This document shows positions 39,375 to 48,598 of a stretch of DNA of 64,000 nucleotides, piece after piece. The position numbers and the translations under genes are program-made. Position 1 is the stretch's first letter, and the number at the start of each line of letters is the position of its first letter. The stretch is from Candidatus Poribacteria bacterium (GTDB lineage: Bacteria > Poribacteria > WGA-4E > WGA-3G). The stretch covers positions 1,024,001-1,088,000 of the forward strand of contig CAXXLX010000001.1 in assembly GCA_963665235.2 (NCBI GenBank), in the 5' to 3' direction. The notes under the pieces were generated by a model. The model was not told the DNA's origin. It made no database searches and worked only from the letters and a program-made list of their open reading frames with translations.

Positions 39375-39920
39375 CTATACGGCAGTATTGCTCTGATTAC
39401 GGTATCGAAAAAGGTAAAAAATCAGCATACCCGCCCCGATACATACAGACACATCCGCAACATTAAAAGTAGGCCAAAATAGATGCTTGCTCTCTATACC
39501 AAACTGAAGAAAATCGATGACACGGCCCAAGTAGAGTCGGTCGATGAAATTGCCAACAGCACCGCCGAGTAGAAAACCGAGAGCAATTCGCATCCATCGA
39601 CTGTGTCGGAATTGGAAGTAATAGATGAAAATGAAAACTAACGCCACAATTGTAACACCGATAAGTAGAGCACGTTGGCCTGATAATATACCGAAGGCAG
39701 CACCTGTGTTTGTATCATGCCGCAGATTGAAAAAACCTGGAATAACCGAATAACCTGTTCCCCAGGGGATATAATGTTGAACAAGCCATTTGGTAATTCT
39801 ATCAAGGAGTAAGGTCGGAATAGCCACAGCTAACAACGGCAGAACCGACTTGATATAATAAAATATCGACAACCTACCAGCAGCACTGCTATCAGGATTA
39901 GGTTTTTGATTTGTACGCAT
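39375..39920 (-). CDS. lspA: Lipoprotein signal peptidase II
   Basis: DRITK, NTGAAFG, GGAVGNFIDR, VIDF and FNVAD. Confidence 0.95.
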   Translation of the reverse strand: MRTNQKPNPDSSAAGRLSIFYYIKSVLPLLAVAIPTLLLDRITKWLVQHYIPWGTGYSVIPGFFNLRHDTNTGAAFGILSGQRALLIGVTIVALVFIFIYYFQFRHSRWMRIALGFLLGGAVGNFIDRLYLGRVIDFLQFGIESKHLFWPTFNVADVSVCIGAGMLIFYLFRYRNQSNTAV

Positions 39921-42543
39921 TCTTAAGGGCCTTCCATTCCGATTTTGCGTCATCCTGTTCAGGGACGCTTGGTAATTGGTTCCGGGTACTCAGAAAAACG
40001 CTAACGGGGGTTTTACCCATCTCATGATGAATCTCCTCCGCCAAAAAAGGAAGCAACGGCGCAAAACATTGAAGAAGAACGGAGCATATTGCCTCAAACG
40101 CTATCTTCGCCGAGGTGAAACGCTCATCCGCACCATCAATTTGACATAAACTGATATAGCACTGGAAATCGGCACGACAGAAGTCGAATAAGCAGGTCCA
40201 CATGCTGTAGAAATCGTTCTCCCGATAAGCCAATTCAAAATCAGCTAAAAGTTCCTTCGTCGCCAACACTGCAAGAGTGTCCGGGGATAGCAGTGTAGTA
40301 GCCGAACTTTTATCAGTAGCACCGGAGCTGGTCTCATCCCGAAAATGTACATATACCTGCGCCGCTTCTTGTAATATTCGTTTCAACTGGGTATATTTGC
40401 GCTTGTATCTCTTTGCTAGGGTCTCAAGTTGCGCAGCACCATCCGCCTTAGCTCTGACCTTATGTAAATCGGGAGCAATTGCAATAAGTCTCAGAACATC
40501 GGCCGGGTATTTCTGAAGCATCGCGTCCGGTATCTCCATCCGCCAAACTTTTTCCGGAATGTTTTTGAGTTGTAAACGTTTAAACGGATGGCACTCTTTA
40601 ATAGGCCGACTCAGTCGGAGTGTTGCAGCCAGAACGTTCAACTCCCCTAACCATTTCAGAAACGGACGACGGGGGGCGAAAACGACACTCACAGCAGATT
40701 CAACGGAGCCCTTCTTGAAATCCGAGCTATACAGAGCTTGAAGAAGATTCACAAAATAGTTATCGATATGGGTCAACTCTTTACGGAAATCCTTCGCATG
40801 ACAGTTCGAACAGGACGTATCTGTAGGCAATAATTCCTCAACACTCAAGCGGAACCAGTGTTCGGTGCCACCACGAATTGCACTCCGCACAACGCGGAGA
40901 ACGTTTTTATCCAAGATAGGAACGTTGCAATGGTCACAGCGCAGAATCGGCAGTGGAATCCCCCACCGACGTTGCGATGACACCCGCATATCCGCAACCT
41001 TCATCATCTCTTTACGGATAGAACCCCCAAGCCGCTTGTTATAGTTGTTCCAATACTCCTTGGAATTGTTGAGCTCCTCCGTTATACTACTACCGGTAAT
41101 AGCGAAGCACCAATGTTGATACGGACGGAAAACTGATGGACTGTTACAGTGTTCGCAACACAACTGTGTCTCTTTTCGCATGCGCGCTTTTATCAAATAC
41201 TCCCGATTTTCTAATTCACTGCGGATGAACTCCTCCGCATTAAACAGATTTAGACCACACAACGAATCGGCATCCTCAGTAAATCTACCCGTCTCATCAA
41301 AGATAGGCGTTATCTGTGTAGCAGCATCGAATTGAAGAGGCACCCCAGCACCTCCTGTTCCGGGAACCTTCGAAGGAGGCTTACCCTCCTGGCCAGGTCC
41401 AGATAATGCATGGATAATGCTGTAACTCAGCGGATGATGTGCCGGATTCAAATGGATGACACTTGCCGCTAATTCTGTCCCATCGAAGGAATTTGAAATC
41501 CGATCGAACACTGCTTCAGGAATTACGAAAAACGGAAGCTCCGTTAGTGAGAAAAGAGGATGTGACACAGTGTGTTCTATCAGCTGAGCCGTTTTCAATT
41601 TGGCGATGGGTATGGGATAATCGTCCCGCGTCGCGTTCGGGTTTTCAAACATTTTTAACTGCGGCTCAGCGAAAATCAGATAATCGCTCTTAAACTCCAT
41701 AAGCCAATAGTTAACCTCTTCGCGAATGCCTAAGGCAATTGTACCGGCTATCTCCCAGAGCTGCGATATCGGAAGAAGCATCGCAAAAAAAACATTCACA
41801 CCGAATTCTTCGAAACCGGTATTGAAGGGAAACTTGATGTATGTATGTGAGGTATCTGTCGGAACCTGTGTAACGGTTTTGCCGAGCTCTAACGGTGTGG
41901 TGCATTTTGGGCACCAATGGCTCAGTTGCGGTTCATCGAGTAGGTATTCTAAATCTCGCAATCTATCTAGAACGCTAAAAAGTTTAGTGTCATAGCGCGC
42001 CTCTAATGTTCTGTCGGTGGAGCTCCAGTCAGCAAAAATGCCGAGGGATTCCAACTTCTGCCGCTGCTCTTTCAAGAGCTCGCTATAGACTTGATGGCAC
42101 TGTTTTCTAAAACCGAGCAGATTCTCCGAGTACCCAGAGGGATTCTTCTGGACAACCCCTGCCTCAATACTAAGCGGATAGGTTTCCCAAAGCGGTGAAT
42201 AGGCAATATCCTTCCCACGCATCATCTCATATTTGAGAAAAATATCCTGATAAATTTTTTGCCGAAGTGTCTCAACAGTCAACACATGCACAGGGGTCGG
42301 CTTTTCGCGAATCACATACGCGGGAATGCCATCCGTTTTGTCCGGAAATACGTAGACATTCTCCGCTGACCATAAGCTAAGCGTTACAGCCTCGCGCGAT
42401 TTTTCCGCTGTAGGTACAAGCTTCCGCGCGCGAGTCGGCCTGTTCTCAATCGGCACCGATGCCTTCGGTTTTCTACCCCGTTTCCCGGAAGATGTCTTCG
42501 CCGAAGCGGATTTTGAAAATGCTTTTGTTTTTGTGATACTCAC
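39898..42543 (-). CDS. Degenerate isoleucyl-tRNA synthetase-like protein lacking HIGH and KMSKS (probable pseudoenzyme)
   Basis: Colinear IleRS scaffold (KIYQDIFLKY, LGIFADW, WCPKCTTPL, SSQRRWGIPLP, YPADVLRL, APLLPFLAEEI) in the ileS-lspA position; catalytic motifs altered. Confidence 0.8.
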   Translation of the reverse strand: MSITKTKAFSKSASAKTSSGKRGRKPKASVPIENRPTRARKLVPTAEKSREAVTLSLWSAENVYVFPDKTDGIPAYVIREKPTPVHVLTVETLRQKIYQDIFLKYEMMRGKDIAYSPLWETYPLSIEAGVVQKNPSGYSENLLGFRKQCHQVYSELLKEQRQKLESLGIFADWSSTDRTLEARYDTKLFSVLDRLRDLEYLLDEPQLSHWCPKCTTPLELGKTVTQVPTDTSHTYIKFPFNTGFEEFGVNVFFAMLLPISQLWEIAGTIALGIREEVNYWLMEFKSDYLIFAEPQLKMFENPNATRDDYPIPIAKLKTAQLIEHTVSHPLFSLTELPFFVIPEAVFDRISNSFDGTELAASVIHLNPAHHPLSYSIIHALSGPGQEGKPPSKVPGTGGAGVPLQFDAATQITPIFDETGRFTEDADSLCGLNLFNAEEFIRSELENREYLIKARMRKETQLCCEHCNSPSVFRPYQHWCFAITGSSITEELNNSKEYWNNYNKRLGGSIRKEMMKVADMRVSSQRRWGIPLPILRCDHCNVPILDKNVLRVVRSAIRGGTEHWFRLSVEELLPTDTSCSNCHAKDFRKELTHIDNYFVNLLQALYSSDFKKGSVESAVSVVFAPRRPFLKWLGELNVLAATLRLSRPIKECHPFKRLQLKNIPEKVWRMEIPDAMLQKYPADVLRLIAIAPDLHKVRAKADGAAQLETLAKRYKRKYTQLKRILQEAAQVYVHFRDETSSGATDKSSATTLLSPDTLAVLATKELLADFELAYRENDFYSMWTCLFDFCRADFQCYISLCQIDGADERFTSAKIAFEAICSVLLQCFAPLLPFLAEEIHHEMGKTPVSVFLSTRNQLPSVPEQDDAKSEWKALKNAYKSKT

Positions 42544-43932
42544 TACGGCTGAAGCCGTGTGCTTCTTTTAGCACATCGACCCTCCTATGTGATTCCTGCT
42601 TCCGCGTCTCGTGCCTCCTTCTGAAAAACAGAAGTGGGTTGAGGTCTTACTTGCGCTCCACAGGCGTTTAGGCTCTCGGTATATCCTACCGCGAGGTTTC
42701 TCAAGTTGATTGCAGCGTTCAGGTCTCTATCTGCTCTATATTGGCAGACACTGCAATGATAAGTTCTATCGGATAATGTTAAATCTGTTTTCTTATGGCC
42801 GCAGCTGCTGCAAGTTTTACTGGATGCAAAGAACTGGCAGGCTTCGGTTACAGGGATACCGCGTGCCTCGGCTTTCGTCTTTAGCAACAATAGGAACCCG
42901 CCTAAGGCACTATCACTCAACGCCTTAGCAAGTTTGCTATTCTTTAGCAAGTTAGACACTTTTAGCGTCTCAATAACAATGCCTGACGCACGATTGACAA
43001 TATCCGTGCTTGCTTTCTGATGTGCATCGCAGCGAATAGAGGTAACTTTATAGTGGATACGCTCAACGACGCGCTTCTGCTTGAACCAGTTTTTAGACTG
43101 CGGCACTTGACGGCTCAACTTCCGTTGGGCACGGGCTAACTTTCGCTCATAGCGTTTCAAAGGCCTCGGGTTCTCATATCGCGTCCCATCACTGCACGTC
43201 GCTAAGGTATTAATACCGACATCTATACCGATTATGGGGTGCGTTGATACATCAACAGCTTCGGTGTCCTCCACTTCAACGGTGATAGATACGAACCAAC
43301 GATGCGCCGTGCGACTTATGGTCACTTTTATGATTTTGCCTACGAAACGCAACTCTTCAAATGTCTTTACCCAACCTATTTTGGGTAACCTAATCCGTTT
43401 GCCTTCCACTCTCACGGAGTGGGCAGCTGTCGTGTAGGATTGACGACTGCCACGCTTTTTGAAACGCGGAAAGCCTGAACCGTTATCAGTCCAATTCTTG
43501 ATGGCAGTCCCTAAATTGTCGATACCATATAGAGCCGCACGCTGATCTTGCGCTGAGGTCCAATCATACTCTCGCTTTTTCTCATTGAAACGATTGTTTA
43601 GCGTGAAAGTAGATAAGAAGGTATCCTCAGCTAAATTCGCTTTAAAATCAGTCAGACCCATATTGTAGGCAAAACGGGCATAACCGCATTGCGCGCTAAA
43701 CCAACGCCGCTGCTTAAAAGTCGGAGCTAAGGCAATCTTATGGGTTTTGTATGGCATCGTCTGAACTCCTGTTAGGTTGCTGACTCGCCTCGGTGAAGGC
43801 GGAGACAGAGTAACCGCTCCGCCGCTGAGGCAGTCCTATAAGTACACCACAGGGATATATCCCATGTCAACTATTTTAGCTGCTGCTGCACGAGACACAC
43901 GGGTCGGACCCAACGCTAAAGCATTGGGATTG
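42533..43932 (-). mobile_element. IS200/IS605-family solo-tnpB element (IS1341-like)
   Basis: Left hairpin cccaatgc-ttta-gcgttggg after TTAA; right hairpin acggc-ttca-gccgt ending in TCAC; no tnpA. Confidence 0.8.
42585..43757 (-). CDS. tnpB: IS200/IS605 TnpB RNA-guided nuclease
   Basis: ARFAYN, IRLPKIGWV, GIDVG, VIETL, SSKTCSSCG...CSVC and DRDLNAAINL; AGGAG RBS. Confidence 0.93.
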   Translation of the reverse strand: MPYKTHKIALAPTFKQRRWFSAQCGYARFAYNMGLTDFKANLAEDTFLSTFTLNNRFNEKKREYDWTSAQDQRAALYGIDNLGTAIKNWTDNGSGFPRFKKRGSRQSYTTAAHSVRVEGKRIRLPKIGWVKTFEELRFVGKIIKVTISRTAHRWFVSITVEVEDTEAVDVSTHPIIGIDVGINTLATCSDGTRYENPRPLKRYERKLARAQRKLSRQVPQSKNWFKQKRVVERIHYKVTSIRCDAHQKASTDIVNRASGIVIETLKVSNLLKNSKLAKALSDSALGGFLLLLKTKAEARGIPVTEACQFFASSKTCSSCGHKKTDLTLSDRTYHCSVCQYRADRDLNAAINLRNLAVGYTESLNACGAQVRPQPTSVFQKEARDAEAGIT

Positions 43933-43954
43933 TTAAGCAAGACCCTTCATGTCT

Positions 43955-44233
43955 TTAAGGTGAAGGTGTAGGATGCAACAATGTATTCAGAATGTGTAAC
44001 AGCACAAGTAATACAATAGGTGAAACGTCAATGCCAAAATTCCGGGTTAACGGTCCAAGCACTTGGCGAATCGGTTGTAGAACCGGGTCGACCATTTGAC
44101 TCGTCGCATGAAAAATTCTACGCACGGCTAAATTCCGAGTCCCAAACACAAACCAAGAGAGAACCGCATTTACAATAACGATTATCATATAAACTTCAAG
44201 CAAGTGACTGAGAACCCTAGCGAGCATGTTCAT
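43955..44233 (-). CDS. yggT: YggT family membrane protein
   Basis: LSWF, DPVLQPIR and IDVSPI; follows proC. Confidence 0.88.
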   Translation of the reverse strand: MNMLARVLSHLLEVYMIIVIVNAVLSWFVFGTRNLAVRRIFHATSQMVDPVLQPIRQVLGPLTRNFGIDVSPIVLLVLLHILNTLLHPTPSP

Positions 44234-45066
44234 AGTGGTACGTTCCCTTCCTCTTTTGTGATCCCAAGTTGTTTCGCTCGTTCAGTCGCCGCAAGAATAG
44301 CCTCAGTGACTGTAGCCCGAAAGCGACCCTGTTCCAGAGCATAGAGACCCGCTGCAGTTGTACCACCGGGGGTAGTAACACGATTTTTTAATACCACTGG
44401 ATGCTCCTGTGTCTCCGCTAGCAACGTTGCAGCACCTAACACCGTATGCGTCGCAAGCGTTTGGGCATCTTGCCGAGGCAGCCCCACCTGAACCCCCGCA
44501 TCCGCTAAAGCCTCAATAAAAAGGGCAACGTAGGCAGGACCGCTACCGCTCATCCCTGTGACAGCGTTCAGATGCCGTTCCTCCATGATTAACGACGTAC
44601 CACATGCATCGAAAATTTTCTGTGCTGTGGCGAGATGGTCCGCACCCGCTGCGCTGCCCCCTGTTAGCACCGATATTGCTGCCCCTACCGATGCAGCAAT
44701 ATTTGGCATCACCCGAACAATCGCACACGGAACCTCAAAGTAAGACTCCAAGGACGTTGTCGTAACACCCGCTGCGATGCTAATCATCCATTGCGGAGAG
44801 GTTAAACTTCGGGCAATCTGTGGCAGAATGTGTGGCACCGCTACAGGCGGCACAGCACACAGAATAATATCTGTCGTCTCCACAAGCTCCGTAATATCTG
44901 CCGCACCGTTGACCTGCCTCTCATCGCAGAGTTTTGTTACGAGAGTCGTATCTAGGTCGGTAATCCAAATTTGCTGTGCTGGCAAAAGCCGGTCCGTAAT
45001 ACTTCTCACGATGATACCGCCCATTTTCCCAACACCTATGACCCCCAACCGCATGTTTTCAATCAT
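44230..45066 (-). CDS. proC: Pyrroline-5-carboxylate reductase
   Basis: IGVGKMG, ISIAAG, RVMPN, SGSGPAY and VTTPGGTT. Confidence 0.95.
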   Translation of the reverse strand: MIENMRLGVIGVGKMGGIIVRSITDRLLPAQQIWITDLDTTLVTKLCDERQVNGAADITELVETTDIILCAVPPVAVPHILPQIARSLTSPQWMISIAAGVTTTSLESYFEVPCAIVRVMPNIAASVGAAISVLTGGSAAGADHLATAQKIFDACGTSLIMEERHLNAVTGMSGSGPAYVALFIEALADAGVQVGLPRQDAQTLATHTVLGAATLLAETQEHPVVLKNRVTTPGGTTAAGLYALEQGRFRATVTEAILAATERAKQLGITKEEGNVPL

Positions 45067-45284
45067 TTTTTCCCTTGTTTCCACTTAGCCCAATATGGAC
45101 AAAATGTTGGCTATTAGGTTTATGCCTGTTAGCAAGAAGTCTCCGACGCGCGTCAAAAACATCATTAGAATAACAAACTCTTGCCAATTGCTAATCGCCA
45201 ATCGCTAATCGCTAATTTATGATACCGCCCATTTTCCCAACACCTATGACCCCCAACCGCATGTTTTCAATCATTTTTTCCCTT
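45011..45284. repeat. 66-bp direct repeat (45011-45076 and 45219-45284) flanking a 142-bp dispersed repeat
   Basis: atgataccgcccattttcc...aatcattttttccctt occurs twice; the middle segment matches the repeat at 16217-16303. Confidence 0.88.
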
Positions 45285-46001
45285 TCCGAAAATTGCCCGC
45301 CCGATTCTAACTACATTCGCACCCTCTTCAATTGCAACCTCAAAATCGTTTGTCATGCCCATAGAGAGATACGGTAACGTGATTCCGGGAAATTGTTCCG
45401 CCTTCACCTGCTCAGCAAGTGTTCGCAACAACGCGAAAGCCGGACGGTTATCCGCAGCAGACTCACTTAACCGTCCCATCGTCATTAACCCAACGATACG
45501 TACCGCGGGATACGCCAGCGATTTCTCCATGAAGTCAAAGAGACACTCTGAAGACAAACCGTGTTTAGTAGCCTCGCCAGTTGTGTTTACCTGAATTAGG
45601 ACATCTGTTTTCTGGCCCCGCGCCTCCGACCTGCGTGCTATCTCGGCTAAGAGCCTCACGCTTTCCACCGAATGAATCAGCCCGAACATGCCGAGTGCCG
45701 ATTTCACTTTATTTCTTTGCAAATGCCCGATGAGATGCCACCTACACCCTATCACAGAGGTCGCCGCACGCACCTCTTCATATTTTTGCTGCGCCTCCTG
45801 CACCCGATTCTCACCTATATCCGTGACACCCGCAGCAAGAGCCGCCTCAATTTCTGATACCGAGCGTCCTTTAGTGACAGCAACAAGCCGTACCGAATCC
45901 GGTGTTCGACCGCTCCGTTGCGCAGCTGCTCTTATACGGTCCATGACATTATAAAGGTTGTCGGCTATCTGAGCGTCCACATTTTCCTCCAGAGCAAACA
46001 T
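45267..46001 (-). CDS. yggS: PLP homeostasis protein YggS
   Basis: LVAVTK, GENRVQE, WHLIGHLQRNK, GLMTM, LSMGMTND and VRIGRAIFG. Confidence 0.95.
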   Translation of the reverse strand: MFALEENVDAQIADNLYNVMDRIRAAAQRSGRTPDSVRLVAVTKGRSVSEIEAALAAGVTDIGENRVQEAQQKYEEVRAATSVIGCRWHLIGHLQRNKVKSALGMFGLIHSVESVRLLAEIARRSEARGQKTDVLIQVNTTGEATKHGLSSECLFDFMEKSLAYPAVRIVGLMTMGRLSESAADNRPAFALLRTLAEQVKAEQFPGITLPYLSMGMTNDFEVAIEEGANVVRIGRAIFGKGKND

Positions 46002-46025
46002 TGAGCGACCTCAAGTACTATCTTT

Positions 46026-46397
46026 CTACTTAGACCGTGTAATGAATCCGACATCTTCATCCCAGTCAGGGTCTTCATCTTCGAAAGATTCTATGTCAAT
46101 GCGCCCCTTAACAAAACCATCTGGCACAATAATGCTTATAGGTCTGCTGCTGCAAAACAGTATACCGATAACGGCTAGTGCCACCGCACAACTTACAATA
46201 CCGATACCGACCATAACAATATGCGTCGCCTCCGTGTAAACTTGCGTGACCTGGACCGCACTTACCGATTCCTGTGACAAAAGATCCGGGTATTTTTTAT
46301 CAGGATAGTTGTAGCCCCGGCGGATAAAACGGAGACCAATGATACCCGTAACAACCGAGGATATTCCAAATATTGCACGTACTAGAAAGTTAAGCAT
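46026..46397 (-). CDS. Hypothetical two-TM protein with acidic C-terminus
   Basis: ORF directly upstream of yggS; two hydrophobic helices; start uncertain. Confidence 0.55.
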   Translation of the reverse strand: MLNFLVRAIFGISSVVTGIIGLRFIRRGYNYPDKKYPDLLSQESVSAVQVTQVYTEATHIVMVGIGIVSCAVALAVIGILFCSSRPISIIVPDGFVKGRIDIESFEDEDPDWDEDVGFITRSK

Positions 46398-46507
46398 CTT
46401 CTTTAGTGTCCAATTTTTAATTCGCAATTAAGATTGCAAGCCAACCGACTCAGGTACTTAATGATACCACCTTTTTTTTTCACAATGCAAATTTATTTTA
46501 CCACGCC

Positions 46508-46630
46508 GTAGGAGCGAGCTTCGCTCGCGACCCTCTAGTATTCGGGCAAACGGTTTCCGGCTCCCAAGCGAAACAACGCATCGACCATTCCAGTTCGTCC
46601 GTTCGTAGTAGGGCGATTCATCGTCCGTTC
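46508..46630. repeat. REP-like cluster (GTAG-type)
   Basis: gtaggagcgagcttcgctcgcga, agtattcgggcaaac and gtagggcgattcatcgtcc (the last also at ~51046). Confidence 0.7.
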
Positions 46631-46698
46631 TTCATAATTGTCCCCCTTAGATACACAGAGGACATCCCGATACTCGTACGATAACCGACCGCCGACTG

Positions 46699-47475
46699 CT
46701 ATATCTCCACAAGTTGAATAAATGAAAGCATTCTACCTGTCTGCCCCCGCTCCGCACGATGTGAGTAAAACTTATCGGTCCAACAAGCAGTGCAAAAAGG
46801 GGATACCGAAATTGCCGAGGCGGGCACACCCTTTTCAATACATTGGTTAACATTAGCAGCTTGTAGGCTCAAGTGTGTTCCGTTATGTACATTTTTCCCG
46901 AAGTGCTGTGCAAATTGGTCAAGCAATTCAGAACTTACCGCATAGCAACACCTTTGGATAGCGGGCCCTAAGTGTATCAGGCAATCCCTTGTCTCAGTGC
47001 CGAAGCACATTCTCATCTGTTCCAGGGTGGTGTTAGCGATTCGTGCAAGAGTACCACGCCATCCTGCATGGGCAATTCCGATAGCCGGGGTTGCCACATC
47101 CAAAATGAAAATCGGAACACAATCCGCAGTAAAAACCCCTAACGCAGGACCGTGCTGGGCAGTAATAAGGGCATCGCCTGTTATTTCAGGTTCACTCTCC
47201 TTTTCAAGATGCCACAAGAGGGGCACCCCCATATCTGCCGTAACGACAGTCGTGCTGTGAATTTGGCGGCAATACTTTACCGTTCGCACACCTATCTGCT
47301 CAGAAAAAATCTGTCTATTTTGGAGAACCGCTGCCGGGCTATCCCCAACATGGGTAGCCAGATTGAGAGAGGCATAAGGTGTTTTACTTACACCGCCAGT
47401 TCGGAGACTCATCCCAGCTTTGACCAAAGCAGTTGTCTCCAACTCATGAATTGTGTGATATAGATGCGTTTTCAA
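46699..47475 (-). CDS. pgeF: YfiH/PgeF (laccase-domain) protein
   Basis: SLNLATHVGD, QIHS, TADCVP, HAGWRGT, GPAI..CCY and FYSHR. Confidence 0.9.
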   Translation of the reverse strand: MKTHLYHTIHELETTALVKAGMSLRTGGVSKTPYASLNLATHVGDSPAAVLQNRQIFSEQIGVRTVKYCRQIHSTTVVTADMGVPLLWHLEKESEPEITGDALITAQHGPALGVFTADCVPIFILDVATPAIGIAHAGWRGTLARIANTTLEQMRMCFGTETRDCLIHLGPAIQRCCYAVSSELLDQFAQHFGKNVHNGTHLSLQAANVNQCIEKGVPASAISVSPFCTACWTDKFYSHRAERGQTGRMLSFIQLVEI

Positions 47476-47798
47476 GAGTAGTAATCTTCCCGGGGTGGAC
47501 TAAAAATATCGAGGGCGCGTGCCGGCTTATCAAAAGCCTTCGCGCTATGTTTTACATCAGAAGGGATAAGATAGACATCGCCTTCCTTGAGGACTCGGGC
47601 TTCCCCATCAATCGTCAGCTCAAATGTCCCTTCCAGGACCATGCCCATCTGCTCGTGTGGGTGGCTATGCTCCGCCACAACGCTATGCGGCGTGAGGTGC
47701 ACAAACGACAGCATCAGCTTCTCCCCATGAACTGTCCGGATTGTAATATCCTCAAAAATCTGTTGCTCGGGTTGTTCGTTGATATTGAAAAAAGGCAT
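47472..47798 (-). CDS. Cupin domain protein
   Basis: HSHPHEQ, GD...IPSDVKH and DIFSPPREDY. Confidence 0.85.
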   Translation of the reverse strand: MPFFNINEQPEQQIFEDITIRTVHGEKLMLSFVHLTPHSVVAEHSHPHEQMGMVLEGTFELTIDGEARVLKEGDVYLIPSDVKHSAKAFDKPARALDIFSPPREDYYS

Positions 47799-47851
47799 AA
47801 CGTATCTACTCCTTACCGAATTGATTTAACGTGAAAATTGGGCAAAAAGTT

Positions 47852-48598
47852 TCAATAAGGAAAAGGCGTATCTGGGTCCAGCGGCTTAACGTAAAGCACC
47901 CTTTTACAACTTGCACAATAAACCAGCTTTTCATATTTCTGCGCCTCTTTGAGGTTTTGCGGTTGAATGGTGAGGCGACAGCTTTCACACGTTCCACTTT
48001 TGGAAAGTGCCACAAAATCGGTCTTGCGCCGCTCGAGCCATCGGTGGTATTGGTCTCTGAGGGCCTGTTCTATTTTGGGTAGAAATTCGGTCCGCCGCTC
48101 CAACTTTTCAGCCAGCTCCTTTTCCAAAGTACCCTTTTCTTGTCGGAGTTCAGCCACTTTTTGAGTTGTGCTAATATCTTCTTGAGCCACCTCTGCTTCA
48201 AGCTCAGCCAATTCCTCTTTCAATTGGTCGCACGTTTCCATGAGCTCCAGAATCGCCTCCTCAGTTTCGCTATCCTTCCGCTCGAGGTATTCTATCTGGC
48301 GTTCTAGCGCACTGTACGCATCATTAGAGGTGACCGTCCGTTGTTCGTTCCTATATTTCTTACGCTGCTCCGCGTTCATATCGAGCTCAGCATTTTTTGA
48401 ACGTTGTACTTTTTCCGCCTCAGCGAGTGCTTCGGAGATTTCGGTAATATCCTCTTTATATTTCGTTACACCTGCCGCCAGCCGTTCAATACGTTCTGGA
48501 ATAGCTTGGAGCCGTTCATGGATAGACAACAGCTCTCTATCCTGTTCCTGTAGTTGATATAGCAAAGCGAGCTGTTGCCTCAAAGATTCGTTAGCCAT
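47852..48598 (-). CDS. Coiled-coil protein with C4 zinc ribbon (DUF164/CT398-like)
   Basis: L..LQ..D start; long coiled coil; CESC...CASCKRVL. Confidence 0.85.
   Translation of the reverse strand: MANESLRQQLALLYQLQEQDRELLSIHERLQAIPERIERLAAGVTKYKEDITEISEALAEAEKVQRSKNAELDMNAEQRKKYRNEQRTVTSNDAYSALERQIEYLERKDSETEEAILELMETCDQLKEELAELEAEVAQEDISTTQKVAELRQEKGTLEKELAEKLERRTEFLPKIEQALRDQYHRWLERRKTDFVALSKSGTCESCRLTIQPQNLKEAQKYEKLVYCASCKRVLYVKPLDPDTPFPY

Noticed and set aside
42585-43757. Cas12f or nuclease-dead TldR
   Set aside because: There is no CRISPR array, the catalytic D/E/D are intact, and IS605-type terminal hairpins are present
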